Assembly (NCBI GenBank): GCA_963781585.1
Contig: CAWAGQ010000004.1
Span: 448,001-512,000 of the forward strand
Origin: an uncultured Gemmatimonadaceae bacterium
GTDB taxonomy: Bacteria; Gemmatimonadota; Gemmatimonadetes; Gemmatimonadales; Gemmatimonadaceae
Length of the DNA: 64,000 nt
Direction: 5' to 3'
Part shown: piece after piece, positions 10,739-21,127 of the stretch
How positions within the stretch are numbered: position 1 is the first letter of the stretch
Layout of the letters: every line of letters begins with the position of its first letter
Made by a program: the position numbers and the translations under genes
Notes under the pieces: model-generated
Database searches by the model: none
What the model was told of the DNA's origin: nothing
The model's input: only the letters and a program-made list of their open reading frames with translations

Positions 10739-12408
10739 TGCGCGTTTTCGACTGGCCGTGGTTCACTCCGCTCGCGCTCATGCTCGCGGCCGGCGCAGCC
10801 GCCGTGGTGGTGTTCGGTTTCCGGCGTCGGCTGGCCCGCCTAACGCGACTTGGCGCGCGCGATCTGGTGCGCCGGCTGGTGCCGGCATCGGCGCTGGGAC
10901 GGCCCACCTGGCGGGCCACCCGGCTGGGGGGCGCGGCGCTGCTTGGACTGCTCGCCCTGGCCGGACCGCGCTGGGGTCAGGAGCGCAACGTCATGCGTGG
11001 CGAAGGCATCGACATGGTGCTGGCGCTCGATGCGTCGCTGTCCATGCTGGCGACCGATGAGCAGCCCAACCGCCTGGAACGCATGAAGCAGGAGGTGCGA
11101 CGGCTGCGAGCGCAGTCGCGCGGCGACCGCATCGCGCTCCTGGCCTTTGCCGGCCGCAGCTACATTCTCACCCCCCTCACGGTCGACGACGGTGCCCTCG
11201 ACCTCTTTCTCGACAATCTGGACCCGTCGATCGTGGGATTGGCCGGCAGCTCGCTGTCACGCACGATCGCGCAGGGCGTCGATCTCCTCCAGTCGAGCCA
11301 CAGCGCGAGCGACCGCGCCATCGTCGTGATGAGCGACGGCGAGGCCTTCGAGGACGAACAGGACATCGTCGATGCGGCCAACCGCGCGGGTCAGGCAGGC
11401 ATCGCACTGGTCACCGTGGGGTTCGGCACCACCCAGGGATCGACGATTCCCCTGCGTCAGGGGTCGCAGGTCGTTCTCAAGCGCGATGCGAACAATGAAA
11501 TCGTCGTGACCCGATACCAGCCGGGATTGCTCGAGGCGGCCGCGCGGGCGGCCGGCGGCACCTTCATATCCGCGTCGGAAACGGACAAGGCATCGCGGAT
11601 CCGTGCCGCGCTGCAATCGCTCCGCACCGCCGGCCGCTCCGTGGAGGCAGGACGCACCGAGACGCCGCGATACCAGTTCTTCCTGTTGCCGGCGCTGTTG
11701 CTGGTGCTGCTGGATCTGTGGAACGCCGAGCGCGGCGAGCGAAGACCGTCCGCCGCTGCCGCGGCCGTCACCGCCAGTCTTCTGCTCACCAGCAGCTGTG
11801 CGATGCCCGGCGGTGTGGTAACGGACGCCGCGCGTGCGTACCGCGCTGGGCACTACGCGTCGTCGGCACGCCTGTATCGGAGCGCAATCGATCGCGGCGA
11901 CCGTCGGCTTGCGGTCATGTACGATCTGGGCACCGCAATGGTCGCGGCCGACTCGAACGCAACTGCGGTCGAGCCACTGGAGCGCGTGGCCAAGGCCGAG
12001 GAGGCGGAACTGCGGTATCGCTCGCTCTTCAATCTTGGGCTCGCGCACCTGAAGCGCGGCCTGACGGGGGCAGATGGCGCCGATAGCACGCGGCAGGAGC
12101 TCGATGGAGCGCTGGATGCCTACAAGCACGCCCTGCTCATGCAGCCGGACGATCTCGACGCGAAGTGGAATTACGAGCTCGCGCTGCGGAAGCGGCAGTC
12201 CGGGGGTGGCGGAGGGGGCGGCGGTGAGTCGCAGAGCGGCGGCGCCAGCGCGCCGGAACCGTCCCAGGCAGAACGTCCGAGCGGCGGCCTGGGCCAGCAA
12301 CAGGCCGAGCAACTGCTCAACAGCGCCGCACGCGAGGAGCGCGCGGTGCAGGGCCGCAAACAGCACGACGCGAAGTCCCAAACGCCCCCGGGCGGGAAAG
12401 ACTGGTGA
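10738..12408 (+). CDS. vWA domain + TPR fusion protein (BatB/BatC-like)
   Basis: DASLS MIDAS-like motif, PLT.D, SDGE; TPR helices; ends in KDW. Confidence 0.85.
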   Translation: MRVFDWPWFTPLALMLAAGAAAVVVFGFRRRLARLTRLGARDLVRRLVPASALGRPTWRATRLGGAALLGLLALAGPRWGQERNVMRGEGIDMVLALDASLSMLATDEQPNRLERMKQEVRRLRAQSRGDRIALLAFAGRSYILTPLTVDDGALDLFLDNLDPSIVGLAGSSLSRTIAQGVDLLQSSHSASDRAIVVMSDGEAFEDEQDIVDAANRAGQAGIALVTVGFGTTQGSTIPLRQGSQVVLKRDANNEIVVTRYQPGLLEAAARAAGGTFISASETDKASRIRAALQSLRTAGRSVEAGRTETPRYQFFLLPALLLVLLDLWNAERGERRPSAAAAAVTASLLLTSSCAMPGGVVTDAARAYRAGHYASSARLYRSAIDRGDRRLAVMYDLGTAMVAADSNATAVEPLERVAKAEEAELRYRSLFNLGLAHLKRGLTGADGADSTRQELDGALDAYKHALLMQPDDLDAKWNYELALRKRQSGGGGGGGGESQSGGASAPEPSQAERPSGGLGQQQAEQLLNSAAREERAVQGRKQHDAKSQTPPGGKDW

Positions 12409-14531
12409 GCCGGCACGCGCGCATTCTCGCAGCGGTGGTATCGCTCGCGCGCCCCGCGCTCGCGATCTCGCAGGCGGTGGACAGCGTCGTACCGCGGACC
12501 GCTCCCGACATCGTTGGCCGCGCCCACGTCGATCCGCGACAGGACATCGCGTTCCAGGCGCTCGCCTTTCCCGAGACGGTGTACGTCGGACAACAGGCGA
12601 CCTACCAGGTCGGCGTGTTTCTCAGCGACGAGATTCGCGCGCGCCTCCGGCACAATCCCGAGTTCGTGCCCCCGGAAGTCCGATCCATGCTGGCCTTCGA
12701 CCTGCCGTCTCCGGCGAATGCCGCGGTGCGGGACATCGGAACGCGTCGCTACGATGTGCACGTCTTCCAGCGGGCCCTGTTTCCGCTGACGGCGGGGCGT
12801 CAGGTGATTCCCTCGGCACGTTTGAACTACGCGCTGCCCCTGAGCAACTCGTTCTTTGCACGCGAGGAGAGCCACTCCGAAGCCAGTGGGGCGGTCGTGA
12901 TCGTCGCGCGCGAGCCGCCGGCGAACGGACGCCCCGCCGACTATCGTGGTGCGGTCGGGCGCCTCACGATTTCGACGCGCGTCGACGGCAAGGGCGCGCG
13001 GGTGGGAGATCCATTCCGCTTCACGGTGTCGGTGGACGGCGTGGGCAATGTCACGCTGCTCCCGCGGCCGGATCTTCGCATCGCCTGGGCCGACGTGGTG
13101 TCGGGAGGCGAGCGCGTTCAGCTCGATACCACGGCGGTACTGCTGCGCGGACGAAAGGACTTCGACTGGGTCGTCACGCCTCGTCAGGCAGGTGGACTGT
13201 CCGTGCCCGCCGTGCGGTATCCATTCTTCAATCCGTACACCGAGCGCTACGAGGTCGCGTTCAGCCCGCCGGACACGCTCACGGTGGGACCGGGAGAGAT
13301 CGCGGTCGCGCAGTCCGCCGACAACCAGGCCGAGCCGGCGCTCCCCATCCGTCGGATCTACGGTGGCGAACAGCCGCTGCCGCTTCCATCGCACTCGGGG
13401 TTCTGGCTGCTGATGGCGCTCGCACCGCTCCCCGCGCTGGCCATCGCCAGCACGCGGCGCCCCGTGGTGCGCAAGGCCGCCCCATCCCATGCCGCCACCC
13501 TTCGCGCGCTTGCTTCGGCGGCCGGTCCGGTGGATCCGGGCGCCCTGCGACGGGCCTACGCCGCCGCCATTGCCTCACGAGTCATGACCACATCGGCGGC
13601 GATGTCCAGTCATGTCGAGCTGGTGCGGGTGCTGCGACACGCCGGCGTCTCGGAGCGCACCGCGCTCGAGGCCGAGCGCTTGCTGGCCGAGCTCGACGCG
13701 GTCGTCTTCGGTCAGACGGGGACCCTCGCTCCCGGGGCCGAGCGGCGGGCTTACGACCTGGCCCGCGCCGTGGACCTGGAAGCGAGGGCCCGCCACGACC
13801 TGGCTGTCCGCGCCGGGCGGCTGGCGACACTGCTGCTGATGGTCGTCGCGGCAGGGGCGGTGGCCGCGGGAGTCGACACGGTGGGGGCACGGATCTTCTC
13901 GGAGGGCGTGCAGCAGTACGACGCCCGGCAGTTCGCCGAGGCCCGCGGCAGCTTCTTTGATCTGGCGCGGGCCCGGCCGCGCGCCGCCGACGCCTGGATG
14001 AACTTCGGGACCGCCTCGTGGCTGGCGCACGACACGGCGGCCGCCGTGGTCGGCTGGCAGCGCGCCGCGCGTCTGCAACCCACCGCCGCCGACGTCAGGC
14101 AGGGGCTGGCCCTGGCGCCGGGCTTTCGCGACGGGTGGCTTGGCGACATTCCACCAGTCTCGCTGACGACGCTCGCGTTGGCAGGGGGGCTGGCCTGGCT
14201 GGTCGGGTGGGGGCTGATCACGCAGCGAGTCCGGCGCCGTCACCCGCATCCGCTGCGGGTGGGCGCCGGCGCGATCGCCGGGGCGGCCGTCTGTCTCGTT
14301 GCCGGCCTGGTGCAGCGCGACACCCTCGATGGACGCAACGCGGCGGTGGTGGTGAGTGCGGCGCAGTTGCGAAACGGGCCCGCGCTCGGCGCAGAAACCG
14401 GGGCCGAGACGATTGCCGGTGAATCGGTGCGCATCATCGGCCGACAGGGCGTCTGGACGCGCGTACGTCTGTCGGATGGGCGGCGCGGCTGGGTGGAATC
14501 CCAGCGCGTGCAGTCGGTTGGCGTTGAGTAG
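12405..14531 (+). CDS. BatD-like protein with TPR and C-terminal SH3b-like domain
   Basis: VYVGQQ, GAVG, PFFNP BatD motifs; C-terminal WTRVRLSDGRRGWV. Confidence 0.8.
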   Translation: MSRHARILAAVVSLARPALAISQAVDSVVPRTAPDIVGRAHVDPRQDIAFQALAFPETVYVGQQATYQVGVFLSDEIRARLRHNPEFVPPEVRSMLAFDLPSPANAAVRDIGTRRYDVHVFQRALFPLTAGRQVIPSARLNYALPLSNSFFAREESHSEASGAVVIVAREPPANGRPADYRGAVGRLTISTRVDGKGARVGDPFRFTVSVDGVGNVTLLPRPDLRIAWADVVSGGERVQLDTTAVLLRGRKDFDWVVTPRQAGGLSVPAVRYPFFNPYTERYEVAFSPPDTLTVGPGEIAVAQSADNQAEPALPIRRIYGGEQPLPLPSHSGFWLLMALAPLPALAIASTRRPVVRKAAPSHAATLRALASAAGPVDPGALRRAYAAAIASRVMTTSAAMSSHVELVRVLRHAGVSERTALEAERLLAELDAVVFGQTGTLAPGAERRAYDLARAVDLEARARHDLAVRAGRLATLLLMVVAAGAVAAGVDTVGARIFSEGVQQYDARQFAEARGSFFDLARARPRAADAWMNFGTASWLAHDTAAAVVGWQRAARLQPTAADVRQGLALAPGFRDGWLGDIPPVSLTTLALAGGLAWLVGWGLITQRVRRRHPHPLRVGAGAIAGAAVCLVAGLVQRDTLDGRNAAVVVSAAQLRNGPALGAETGAETIAGESVRIIGRQGVWTRVRLSDGRRGWVESQRVQSVGVE

Positions 14532-14605
14532 GGCGCGCGGGACGGTTACGCTTCGACGTCCTCGCATCGCCGCGTGCGTCTTCGTCCGAGTGTTTCCGGA
14601 GCTCC

Positions 14606-16345
14606 GTGTCCCGCATCGCTGTCCTGCCGAGTACCGTCGCCGACCAGATTGCCGCGGGTGAGGTGGTCGAGCGGCCGGCATCGGCGGTAAAGGAACTCCT
14701 CGAGAACGCGATCGACGCGGGCGCCACGTCCGTCGACGTGGAGATCGAGGATGGTGGGCGCGCCCTGGTGCGGGTCAGCGACGATGGATGCGGGATGGAC
14801 CGCGCCGACGCACTGCTTGCACTGGAGCGTCACGCGACATCGAAGATCCGGGCTGCGTCGGATCTGGTGGGAGTCTCCAGCTTCGGATTCCGCGGCGAAG
14901 CCCTTCCCGCGATCTGTTCGGTGTCGCGCCTCGAGTTGACGACCGCCACGGCCGACGGAGCCGGCGTGCTGGTGCGGGCGGCTGGCGGGGTCCGGGAGAG
15001 CGTGGAGACCGCGGCCCGGAGACGCGGCACGACGGTCAGTGTGGCTGACGTGTTCTACAACACGCCGGCACGCCGCAAATTCCTGCGCTCGGCCCGCTCC
15101 GAGTGGCGCTCGGTGCTGGAGACGATCACCGCGGTCGCGCTCGCGCGTTGCGATGTTCGCCTTCGCGTCACCGTCGACGGACGCGAGGCCGTGTCGCTCC
15201 CTCCCGCGCGCACGCTCCGGGAGCGCGTTGCTGCGCTTTGGGGGAACGCCTGGGCGGCTCGGTTCGTGGACGTGGATGCAGTCGTGGGTCCCGTTCGCGT
15301 CACGGGCCTGGTGGAGCGGCCCGGCGACGCCGGGACGTCCTCGCGCCGCGTGTCCGTGCTGGTGAACGGCCGGGCGGTGCGGGATTTCGGCCTGGTGCGG
15401 GGTGCCGAGGCGGCGTATCGGTCGGCGATTGCCCCCGGTGTGCGCCCGTCGCTGGTGCTCGCGATCGTGCTGCCGGGGGATGCGGTGGATGTGAACGTGC
15501 ATCCCGCCAAGGTGGAGGTTCGCTTTCACGATCGTTTCGGACTGGAGCGTGCGGTGGAGCAGGCGGTCCGTCGGGCGCTCGGCACCGCCGACAGCGTGGC
15601 CTCCCTCGGCGCGGGCATCATGACGTGGTCGCCCCGATCCTCGACGGTGGGACCGGCGGCCTCCGTCCTGTCACAGCTTCCCGCTGTCTCGGTGTCTCCG
15701 CTGTTCGCGCCGCCGGACTCGGACCCGACACCCGACGCCCGCGGACCAGGAAGCGATGCCGCAGTCAATGGGGAAGCGCCGTGGCAGCTCGTGCAGCTGC
15801 GGCGTGCGTACCTCCTGTACGAACATGAAGATGGAGTGGTGCTCATCGATCAGCACTCGGCGCACGAGCGGATCCTGTACGAGCGGTTTCTGCGGGAGCT
15901 GGAGCAGGGGAATGCACCCTCGCAGCGCTTGCTGCTCCCGGATACGCTGCATCTGTCGCCTGACGAGGCGGAAGCGCTGGATCGGCATGGCGAGGCGCTC
16001 GCACGCCTCGGGTACGAGCTGGAGCCGTTTGGCGGCCACTCGGTGATCGTGCGCGCGGTGCCGGCGCCCCATCCGCGCTTCGACGCGATCCGCTGCCTTC
16101 GCGAGACACTGCAGGGACTGAGCGGCGATCGCGGCGCCTCGGTGCACGCGCGACATGAGCGGTTGGTGGCCACCATCGCCTGCAAGGCGGCGGTGAAGGC
16201 GGGGGACGCACTCTCTCCCGAGGAGATGCGCGCGCTGTACCGGGCGCTCGCGTCCACAGCCCTGCCGGCCCACGACGTGCACGGGCGGGCGGCCATGGTC
16301 CGTCTGACCTGGGATGAGCTCGATCGACGCTTCGGGCGTCGTTAG
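14606..16345 (+). CDS. mutL: DNA mismatch repair endonuclease MutL
   Basis: QIAAGEVVERPASAVKELLENAIDAG, GFRGEAL, DQHSAHERILYE, ACK. Confidence 0.96.
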   Translation: MSRIAVLPSTVADQIAAGEVVERPASAVKELLENAIDAGATSVDVEIEDGGRALVRVSDDGCGMDRADALLALERHATSKIRAASDLVGVSSFGFRGEALPAICSVSRLELTTATADGAGVLVRAAGGVRESVETAARRRGTTVSVADVFYNTPARRKFLRSARSEWRSVLETITAVALARCDVRLRVTVDGREAVSLPPARTLRERVAALWGNAWAARFVDVDAVVGPVRVTGLVERPGDAGTSSRRVSVLVNGRAVRDFGLVRGAEAAYRSAIAPGVRPSLVLAIVLPGDAVDVNVHPAKVEVRFHDRFGLERAVEQAVRRALGTADSVASLGAGIMTWSPRSSTVGPAASVLSQLPAVSVSPLFAPPDSDPTPDARGPGSDAAVNGEAPWQLVQLRRAYLLYEHEDGVVLIDQHSAHERILYERFLRELEQGNAPSQRLLLPDTLHLSPDEAEALDRHGEALARLGYELEPFGGHSVIVRAVPAPHPRFDAIRCLRETLQGLSGDRGASVHARHERLVATIACKAAVKAGDALSPEEMRALYRALASTALPAHDVHGRAAMVRLTWDELDRRFGRR

Positions 16346-17246
16346 GCTCCGCGTCATCTGCGGCCCCACGGGCGCCGGGAAGTCGGCGCTGGCGCTGCGC
16401 CTGGCGGCGGGCCGCGGCGGGGCGATTCTGTCCGCTGATTCGCGACAGATCTACCGCGGGTTCGACATCGGGACCGCCAAGCCGTCGTCCGCCGAGCGCG
16501 CTACGGTGCCGCATTTCGGCATCGACCTGGTCGACCCGATGGCGCGCTACTCGGCGGCGGAGTGGGCGGCGGCGGTCCCCGAATGGCTCGCGGCCTGTCG
16601 CGGCCTCGGGCGCCAGCCGGTGATCGTCGGCGGCACCGGGTTCTATCTGCGCGCGCTGTTTTCGCCCCTGTTCGAGGCGCCGACGGTGGATCTGTCGCGT
16701 CGCGACGCGCTGGCGGGCCATCTGCACGGGTTCGAAACCGATGCCCTCCGTCGGTGGTGCCGGGTGCTGGACCCGCGGCGCGCCCACCTCGGTCGGGCAC
16801 AGCTGTTGCGCGCCGTCGAAACCGCGGTCCTGACGGGCCAGCGCATCAGCGATCTGCACGTCGTACGATCCCGCGCGCCGCGCTACACCGCCCGCTATCT
16901 TCTGATGGATCCGGGTCGCGCGCTCGCCGGCACGATTGCCGAGCGCACCGATCGGATGTTGGCCGCCGGCTGGCTCGATGAGGTGCGCGCCCTGGTGGCG
17001 CGGATCCGGCCCGACGCACCGGCGTGGACAGCCACCGGCTACGACGCGTTGCGTGACGTCGTGGCCGGCGTGTGCACCCTCCAGCAGGCACGGGAATCGA
17101 TCGTCATGCGGACGCACCGCTACGCCAGGCGACAACGCACCTGGTTCCGCCATCAGCTCGAGGCGTCATGGACCACGCTGCTCGAACCACACGACGAGGG
17201 CGCGCTCGCGCGGGCGTCAGACTGGTGGGACGAGGGCGCCGCCTGA
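16314..17246 (+). CDS. miaA: tRNA dimethylallyltransferase
   Basis: GPTGAGKS, DSRQIYRGFDIGTAKP, VGGTGFY, YARRQRTWF; start uncertain. Confidence 0.93.
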   Translation: MSSIDASGVVRLRVICGPTGAGKSALALRLAAGRGGAILSADSRQIYRGFDIGTAKPSSAERATVPHFGIDLVDPMARYSAAEWAAAVPEWLAACRGLGRQPVIVGGTGFYLRALFSPLFEAPTVDLSRRDALAGHLHGFETDALRRWCRVLDPRRAHLGRAQLLRAVETAVLTGQRISDLHVVRSRAPRYTARYLLMDPGRALAGTIAERTDRMLAAGWLDEVRALVARIRPDAPAWTATGYDALRDVVAGVCTLQQARESIVMRTHRYARRQRTWFRHQLEASWTTLLEPHDEGALARASDWWDEGAA

Positions 17247-18406
17247 TGCGCATCGGCATCACCTGCTATCCGACATACGGCGGATCGGGCGCCATGGCCA
17301 CCGAACTGGGCATCGCGCTGGCTCAGCGTGGGCACGAGGTGCACTTCATCACCTACAAGCAGCCCTTCCGGCTCCCCGCCTTTCTCCCCGGGGTGTTCTT
17401 CCACGAGGTGGACGTCGGGAAATATCCCCTGTTCGAGTATCCCCCGTACGACCTGGCGCTGGCGGTGCGGATGCACGAAGTGGTGCGGTCCCACGGGCTC
17501 GAGCTCCTCCACGTGCACTACGCCATTCCACACGCCACCAGTGCCTGGATCGCGCGCCAGATGCTGCGCGAGACGGGAGAGGACGTGACCCTGATGACTA
17601 CGCTGCACGGCACCGATATCACCATCGTCGGCCAGGACCACTCGTTCCACGCGATCACCAAGTTTTCCATCGAGAAGTCCGACGTCATCACCGCCGTGTC
17701 GCGGTTTCTGCGGGAAGAAACGATCTACACCTTCGGCTGCGCCGGCTGCGACGTGCACGTGGTGCACAACTTCGTCGACCCCGCCATCTACGACCGGTCG
17801 CGTTATCCACCGCTGTTGCGCGAACAGCTCGGCGGCCGGCCCATCATGATGCACGTCTCGAATTTCCGGGCGGTGAAACGGGTTCGCGACGTGGTGCGCA
17901 TCTTCGCCGCGGTCCGCGCCGAGTTGCCGAGCGCCCTGGTGATGGTCGGCGATGGCCCGGACCGGGTCGACGCCGAAGAAGAGGCGCAGACCCTCGGCGT
18001 CGCCGGCGACGTGCATTTTCTGGGGCGCATCGACGACGTCGCGCCCCTGCTGGCATCCGCAGACCTGTTCCTCCTTCCCAGCAATCGCGAATCCTTTGGT
18101 CTGAGCGCGCTCGAAGCGCTCGCAACGGGTGTCCCGGTCATCGGCAGTCTGGCCGGTGGGTTGCCGGAGGTCGTTCGGGATGGCGAGACCGGCGTGCTGC
18201 GCCCGGTGGGCGATGTGGCGGGGATGGCGGGTGCTGCTCTCGAGATGCTCGGCGACCGCGCGCGCTGGGGCGAAATGAGCCAGCGCGCGAGCGCCGACGC
18301 GAGGCGGCGGTTCTCGCGCGATGAGATCGTCTCGGAGTACGTGGCGCTCTACGAGCGAGCCGTCACCGGACGCGCCTCGGTACCTGCCTCCGCGGGGGCG
18401 TCATGA
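17246..18406 (+). CDS. bshA: N-acetyl-alpha-D-glucosaminyl L-malate synthase (GT4)
   Basis: MRIGITCYPTYGGSG, HVHYAIPHA, TTLHGTDIT, SNFRAVKR, ESFGLSALEA. Confidence 0.9.
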   Translation: MRIGITCYPTYGGSGAMATELGIALAQRGHEVHFITYKQPFRLPAFLPGVFFHEVDVGKYPLFEYPPYDLALAVRMHEVVRSHGLELLHVHYAIPHATSAWIARQMLRETGEDVTLMTTLHGTDITIVGQDHSFHAITKFSIEKSDVITAVSRFLREETIYTFGCAGCDVHVVHNFVDPAIYDRSRYPPLLREQLGGRPIMMHVSNFRAVKRVRDVVRIFAAVRAELPSALVMVGDGPDRVDAEEEAQTLGVAGDVHFLGRIDDVAPLLASADLFLLPSNRESFGLSALEALATGVPVIGSLAGGLPEVVRDGETGVLRPVGDVAGMAGAALEMLGDRARWGEMSQRASADARRRFSRDEIVSEYVALYERAVTGRASVPASAGAS

Positions 18407-19206
18407 CCCTGCTCCAGGCGCTTGCGCTCGGACTCGTGCAGGGATTGTCCGAGTTCCTCCCCATCAGCAGTTCCGCCCACCTGACGCTCGTGCCGTGGCT
18501 GTTCGGGTGGACGGATCCCGGACTCGCTTTCGACGTGGCGCTCCACGTGGGCACGCTGGTCGCCGTGCTGTGGTACTTTCGCCGGGAATGGGTTGCCCTG
18601 CTGGGATCGTTCGCACGCATCGTAACCCATCGCAGAGTGCGCTCGCCCGACGAATGGCGCGTGGTGTTCCTGGTGGTTGGAACCGTTCCGGCCGTCATCG
18701 CGGGGGTCGCTCTCGAGAACCTCGCGGAGACCCGCTTCCGGTCGCCGGCGCTCATCGCGACTACGCTGATCGTGATGGGGATCATTCTCTGGTGGAGCGA
18801 TCGCTGGTCGCCTGCGGACCGGCCGCTCAGCGGCATGCGCTGGGCGGACGCGCTAGGGATCGGGATTGCCCAGGCCCTTTCGCTGGTGCCGGGCGTCTCC
18901 CGATCCGGAGCGACGATCACCGGCGCCCGGCTGCTGCGCTTCGATCGACAGAGCGCTGCCGTATTCAGTTTTCTCCTCAGTCTTCCCGTTACGGCCGGCG
19001 CCGCTGTCCTCAAGGCGCCGGAAGCCCTCCGCACCGCCTCCGAGGTACGGCTTCTGGCGGTAGGGGTCCTGGCCGCCGCTGTCAGCAGCTGGATCGCCAT
19101 CGCGGTGCTTCTCCGATTCGTGGTGCGGCACAGCTACGGGATCTTCGCGCTGTATCGAGTGCTGCTCGGTGCGGCGGTGCTGCTGGTCGTGGCGGTGCGT
19201 GCCTGA
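18403..19206 (+). CDS. uppP: Undecaprenyl-diphosphate phosphatase
   Basis: QGLSEFLPISSSAH and PGVSRSGATI motifs. Confidence 0.95.
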   Translation: MTLLQALALGLVQGLSEFLPISSSAHLTLVPWLFGWTDPGLAFDVALHVGTLVAVLWYFRREWVALLGSFARIVTHRRVRSPDEWRVVFLVVGTVPAVIAGVALENLAETRFRSPALIATTLIVMGIILWWSDRWSPADRPLSGMRWADALGIGIAQALSLVPGVSRSGATITGARLLRFDRQSAAVFSFLLSLPVTAGAAVLKAPEALRTASEVRLLAVGVLAAAVSSWIAIAVLLRFVVRHSYGIFALYRVLLGAAVLLVVAVRA

Positions 19207-19960
19207 CCTGGTGCAGGGCGCCCTCTACGAGCGGCGCGCGCCAAACGACCTCGCCTTCCAACTCGGCGTTGCCCGGGTGGTTGTGTTCGACGAGGTCGAT
19301 TCCACGATGGACGTGGCCCACCGGCTGGCGATGGCTGGTGCCGCTCCCGGGACAGTGGTCGTGGCCGACGCTCAGACGGCAGGCCGGGGGCGTAGCGGAC
19401 GACGCTGGGTTTCGCCGCCCGGCGCGGGGATCTGGTGCACCCTGATCGAACGTCCGAACGACCCGCGCGCGGTCGACGTGCTCTCGCTTCGCGTCGGACT
19501 GCAGGCGGCCCACGCGCTCGATCGGTTTGCCGGGGCCGAGGTGGGGCTCAAGTGGCCTAACGACCTGTACCTGCACGGCGCCAAGCTTGGCGGCGTGCTG
19601 GTGGAAGGCCGATGGCGGGACGGCCGCCTCGATTGGGTGGCGGTGGGGATCGGCGTCAACTGCCTCGCGCCACCCGGTGTGGCGCACAGCGCGGTGCTGG
19701 GCGCCGGCACCGATCGCGTGGAGGTGTTGGCGGAACTCGTGCCGGCTGTGCGCGCGGCCGCAGCCGCACGCGGCCATCTCTCGGACCGTGAGCTCGCGGC
19801 GTTCGCCCGGCGGGACGTGGCTGCCGGATCACCGTGCGTGGAACCGCGGGCGGGTCGGGTCGCCGGCATCGCCGCCGACGGAGCGTTACTGGTCGTGACG
19901 GCGGCTGGCGTGGTGCGCTGCCGGGAGGGTGGACTTCGCATGGAGGGCGATCCGTCATGA
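19199..19960 (+). CDS. birA: Biotin--[acetyl-CoA carboxylase] ligase (no HTH)
   Basis: DSTM, QTAGRGR.GR.W, KWPND, KLGGVL. Confidence 0.92.
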   Translation: MPDLVQGALYERRAPNDLAFQLGVARVVVFDEVDSTMDVAHRLAMAGAAPGTVVVADAQTAGRGRSGRRWVSPPGAGIWCTLIERPNDPRAVDVLSLRVGLQAAHALDRFAGAEVGLKWPNDLYLHGAKLGGVLVEGRWRDGRLDWVAVGIGVNCLAPPGVAHSAVLGAGTDRVEVLAELVPAVRAAAAARGHLSDRELAAFARRDVAAGSPCVEPRAGRVAGIAADGALLVVTAAGVVRCREGGLRMEGDPS

Positions 19961-20736
19961 TACTCGTCTTCGACATCGGCAACACCGAGACGACGCTCGG
20001 CCTGTTTGATGGCGAGGTGCTCCGTGCCCACTGGCGCATCGTCACTGATGTCTCACGCACGCCCGACGAACTGGCGCTCGTGCTGCGAGGCCTGCTCGCG
20101 GCGCGCGACGCCGCGCCGTCCGGGGTCACCGGGTGCGCGATCGCGTCGGTCGTGCCGGCGCTGACCGAGCCCCTGTCGGAGGCGTGTCGGGCCCTCTTTG
20201 GCGGCGATCCGATTGTGGTCGATGCCAGCGCCGCGCTGCCTATCACGCTGGATGTTCTGGAGCCCCTGACGGTGGGTGCGGACCGGATCGTGAACACGCT
20301 GGCCGCCAGTCGGCTGCTGGAGCGCGACACGATCGTCGTGGATCTGGGTACGGCCACCACCTTCGATTGCATCACAGCGGATGGCGTATTCCTGGGGGGC
20401 GTGATCGCACCGGGGGTGCGTTCATCCGCCGAGACGCTGTTTCGGAGGACCTCGAAACTCCCGGCCACCGAGCTGGCGGCCCCCGACCGCGTGATCGGAC
20501 GGCGCACTGAGGACTGTATCCGCTCCGGCGTTGTTTACGGCGCCGCCGAAGCGGTCGATGGCATCGTGAGGCGGATCAAGGGCGAGTGGCCGACGCCCCG
20601 GGTACCGATCGTGGTGGCCACCGGCGGCCTCGCACACCTCATTCAGCCCCACTGTCGCGAGGTGGAGCGCCTGGAGCCCAATCTGACCCTGGTAGGGCTC
20701 CGGCTGGCCCACGAGATCATCAGCGCTTCGCGTTAG
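19957..20736 (+). CDS. coaX: Type III pantothenate kinase
   Basis: DIGNT, GADR, VDLGTATT.D, GGVIAPG, ATGG. Confidence 0.95.
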   Translation: MILVFDIGNTETTLGLFDGEVLRAHWRIVTDVSRTPDELALVLRGLLAARDAAPSGVTGCAIASVVPALTEPLSEACRALFGGDPIVVDASAALPITLDVLEPLTVGADRIVNTLAASRLLERDTIVVDLGTATTFDCITADGVFLGGVIAPGVRSSAETLFRRTSKLPATELAAPDRVIGRRTEDCIRSGVVYGAAEAVDGIVRRIKGEWPTPRVPIVVATGGLAHLIQPHCREVERLEPNLTLVGLRLAHEIISASR

Positions 20737-20750
20737 GCGCTGGAAGTACG

Positions 20751-20840
20751 TGTCGGTTGTCGGTCATCCGTTATGGCCTCTCGGGTTGCGGTCGTCAGTA
20801 TGGCGCTTTCAGCGACCAACGGACGACTGAAAACCGACGG
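20751..20840. repeat. Degenerate heptamer array with partial inverted copy
   Basis: TGTCGGT TGTCGGT CATCCGT TATGGCC TCTCGGG TTGCGGT CGTCAGT ... ACTGAAA ACCGACG. Confidence 0.5.
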
Positions 20841-21127
20841 CGGTGAGCACCTTGGTGCTGGACGCGATCGCGAAAAGCGTGGCCGTACCGACCGGATCCG
20901 GCTTCGCGGTCTCGCGAACGCCGCTTCCGGGGGCTGACCGCACCGGGCGACGAGCGTCGGACCGATCGGACCGGATCGGGGGCCACCTTGGGCCACGTAC
21001 GTACGACCGGAAGTCCATCATTTCAAAGTCGTTACCGGTCCGGCGCACGCGACCGGCACCGAGTGCATGTCTGTAAGCGGTTGATTGTCAATGGGTTAAT
21101 TAAGATGTTCGAAGCCCATTGATCCAC

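Noticed and set aside
21055..21066. GGCACCGAGTGC, resembling a tracrRNA 3' hairpin
   Set aside because: Short partial match with no cas9 or repeats; expected by chance.
20733..21076. Short ORFs in the coaX-groES spacer
   Set aside because: No RBS or motifs; low-complexity translations derived from repeats.
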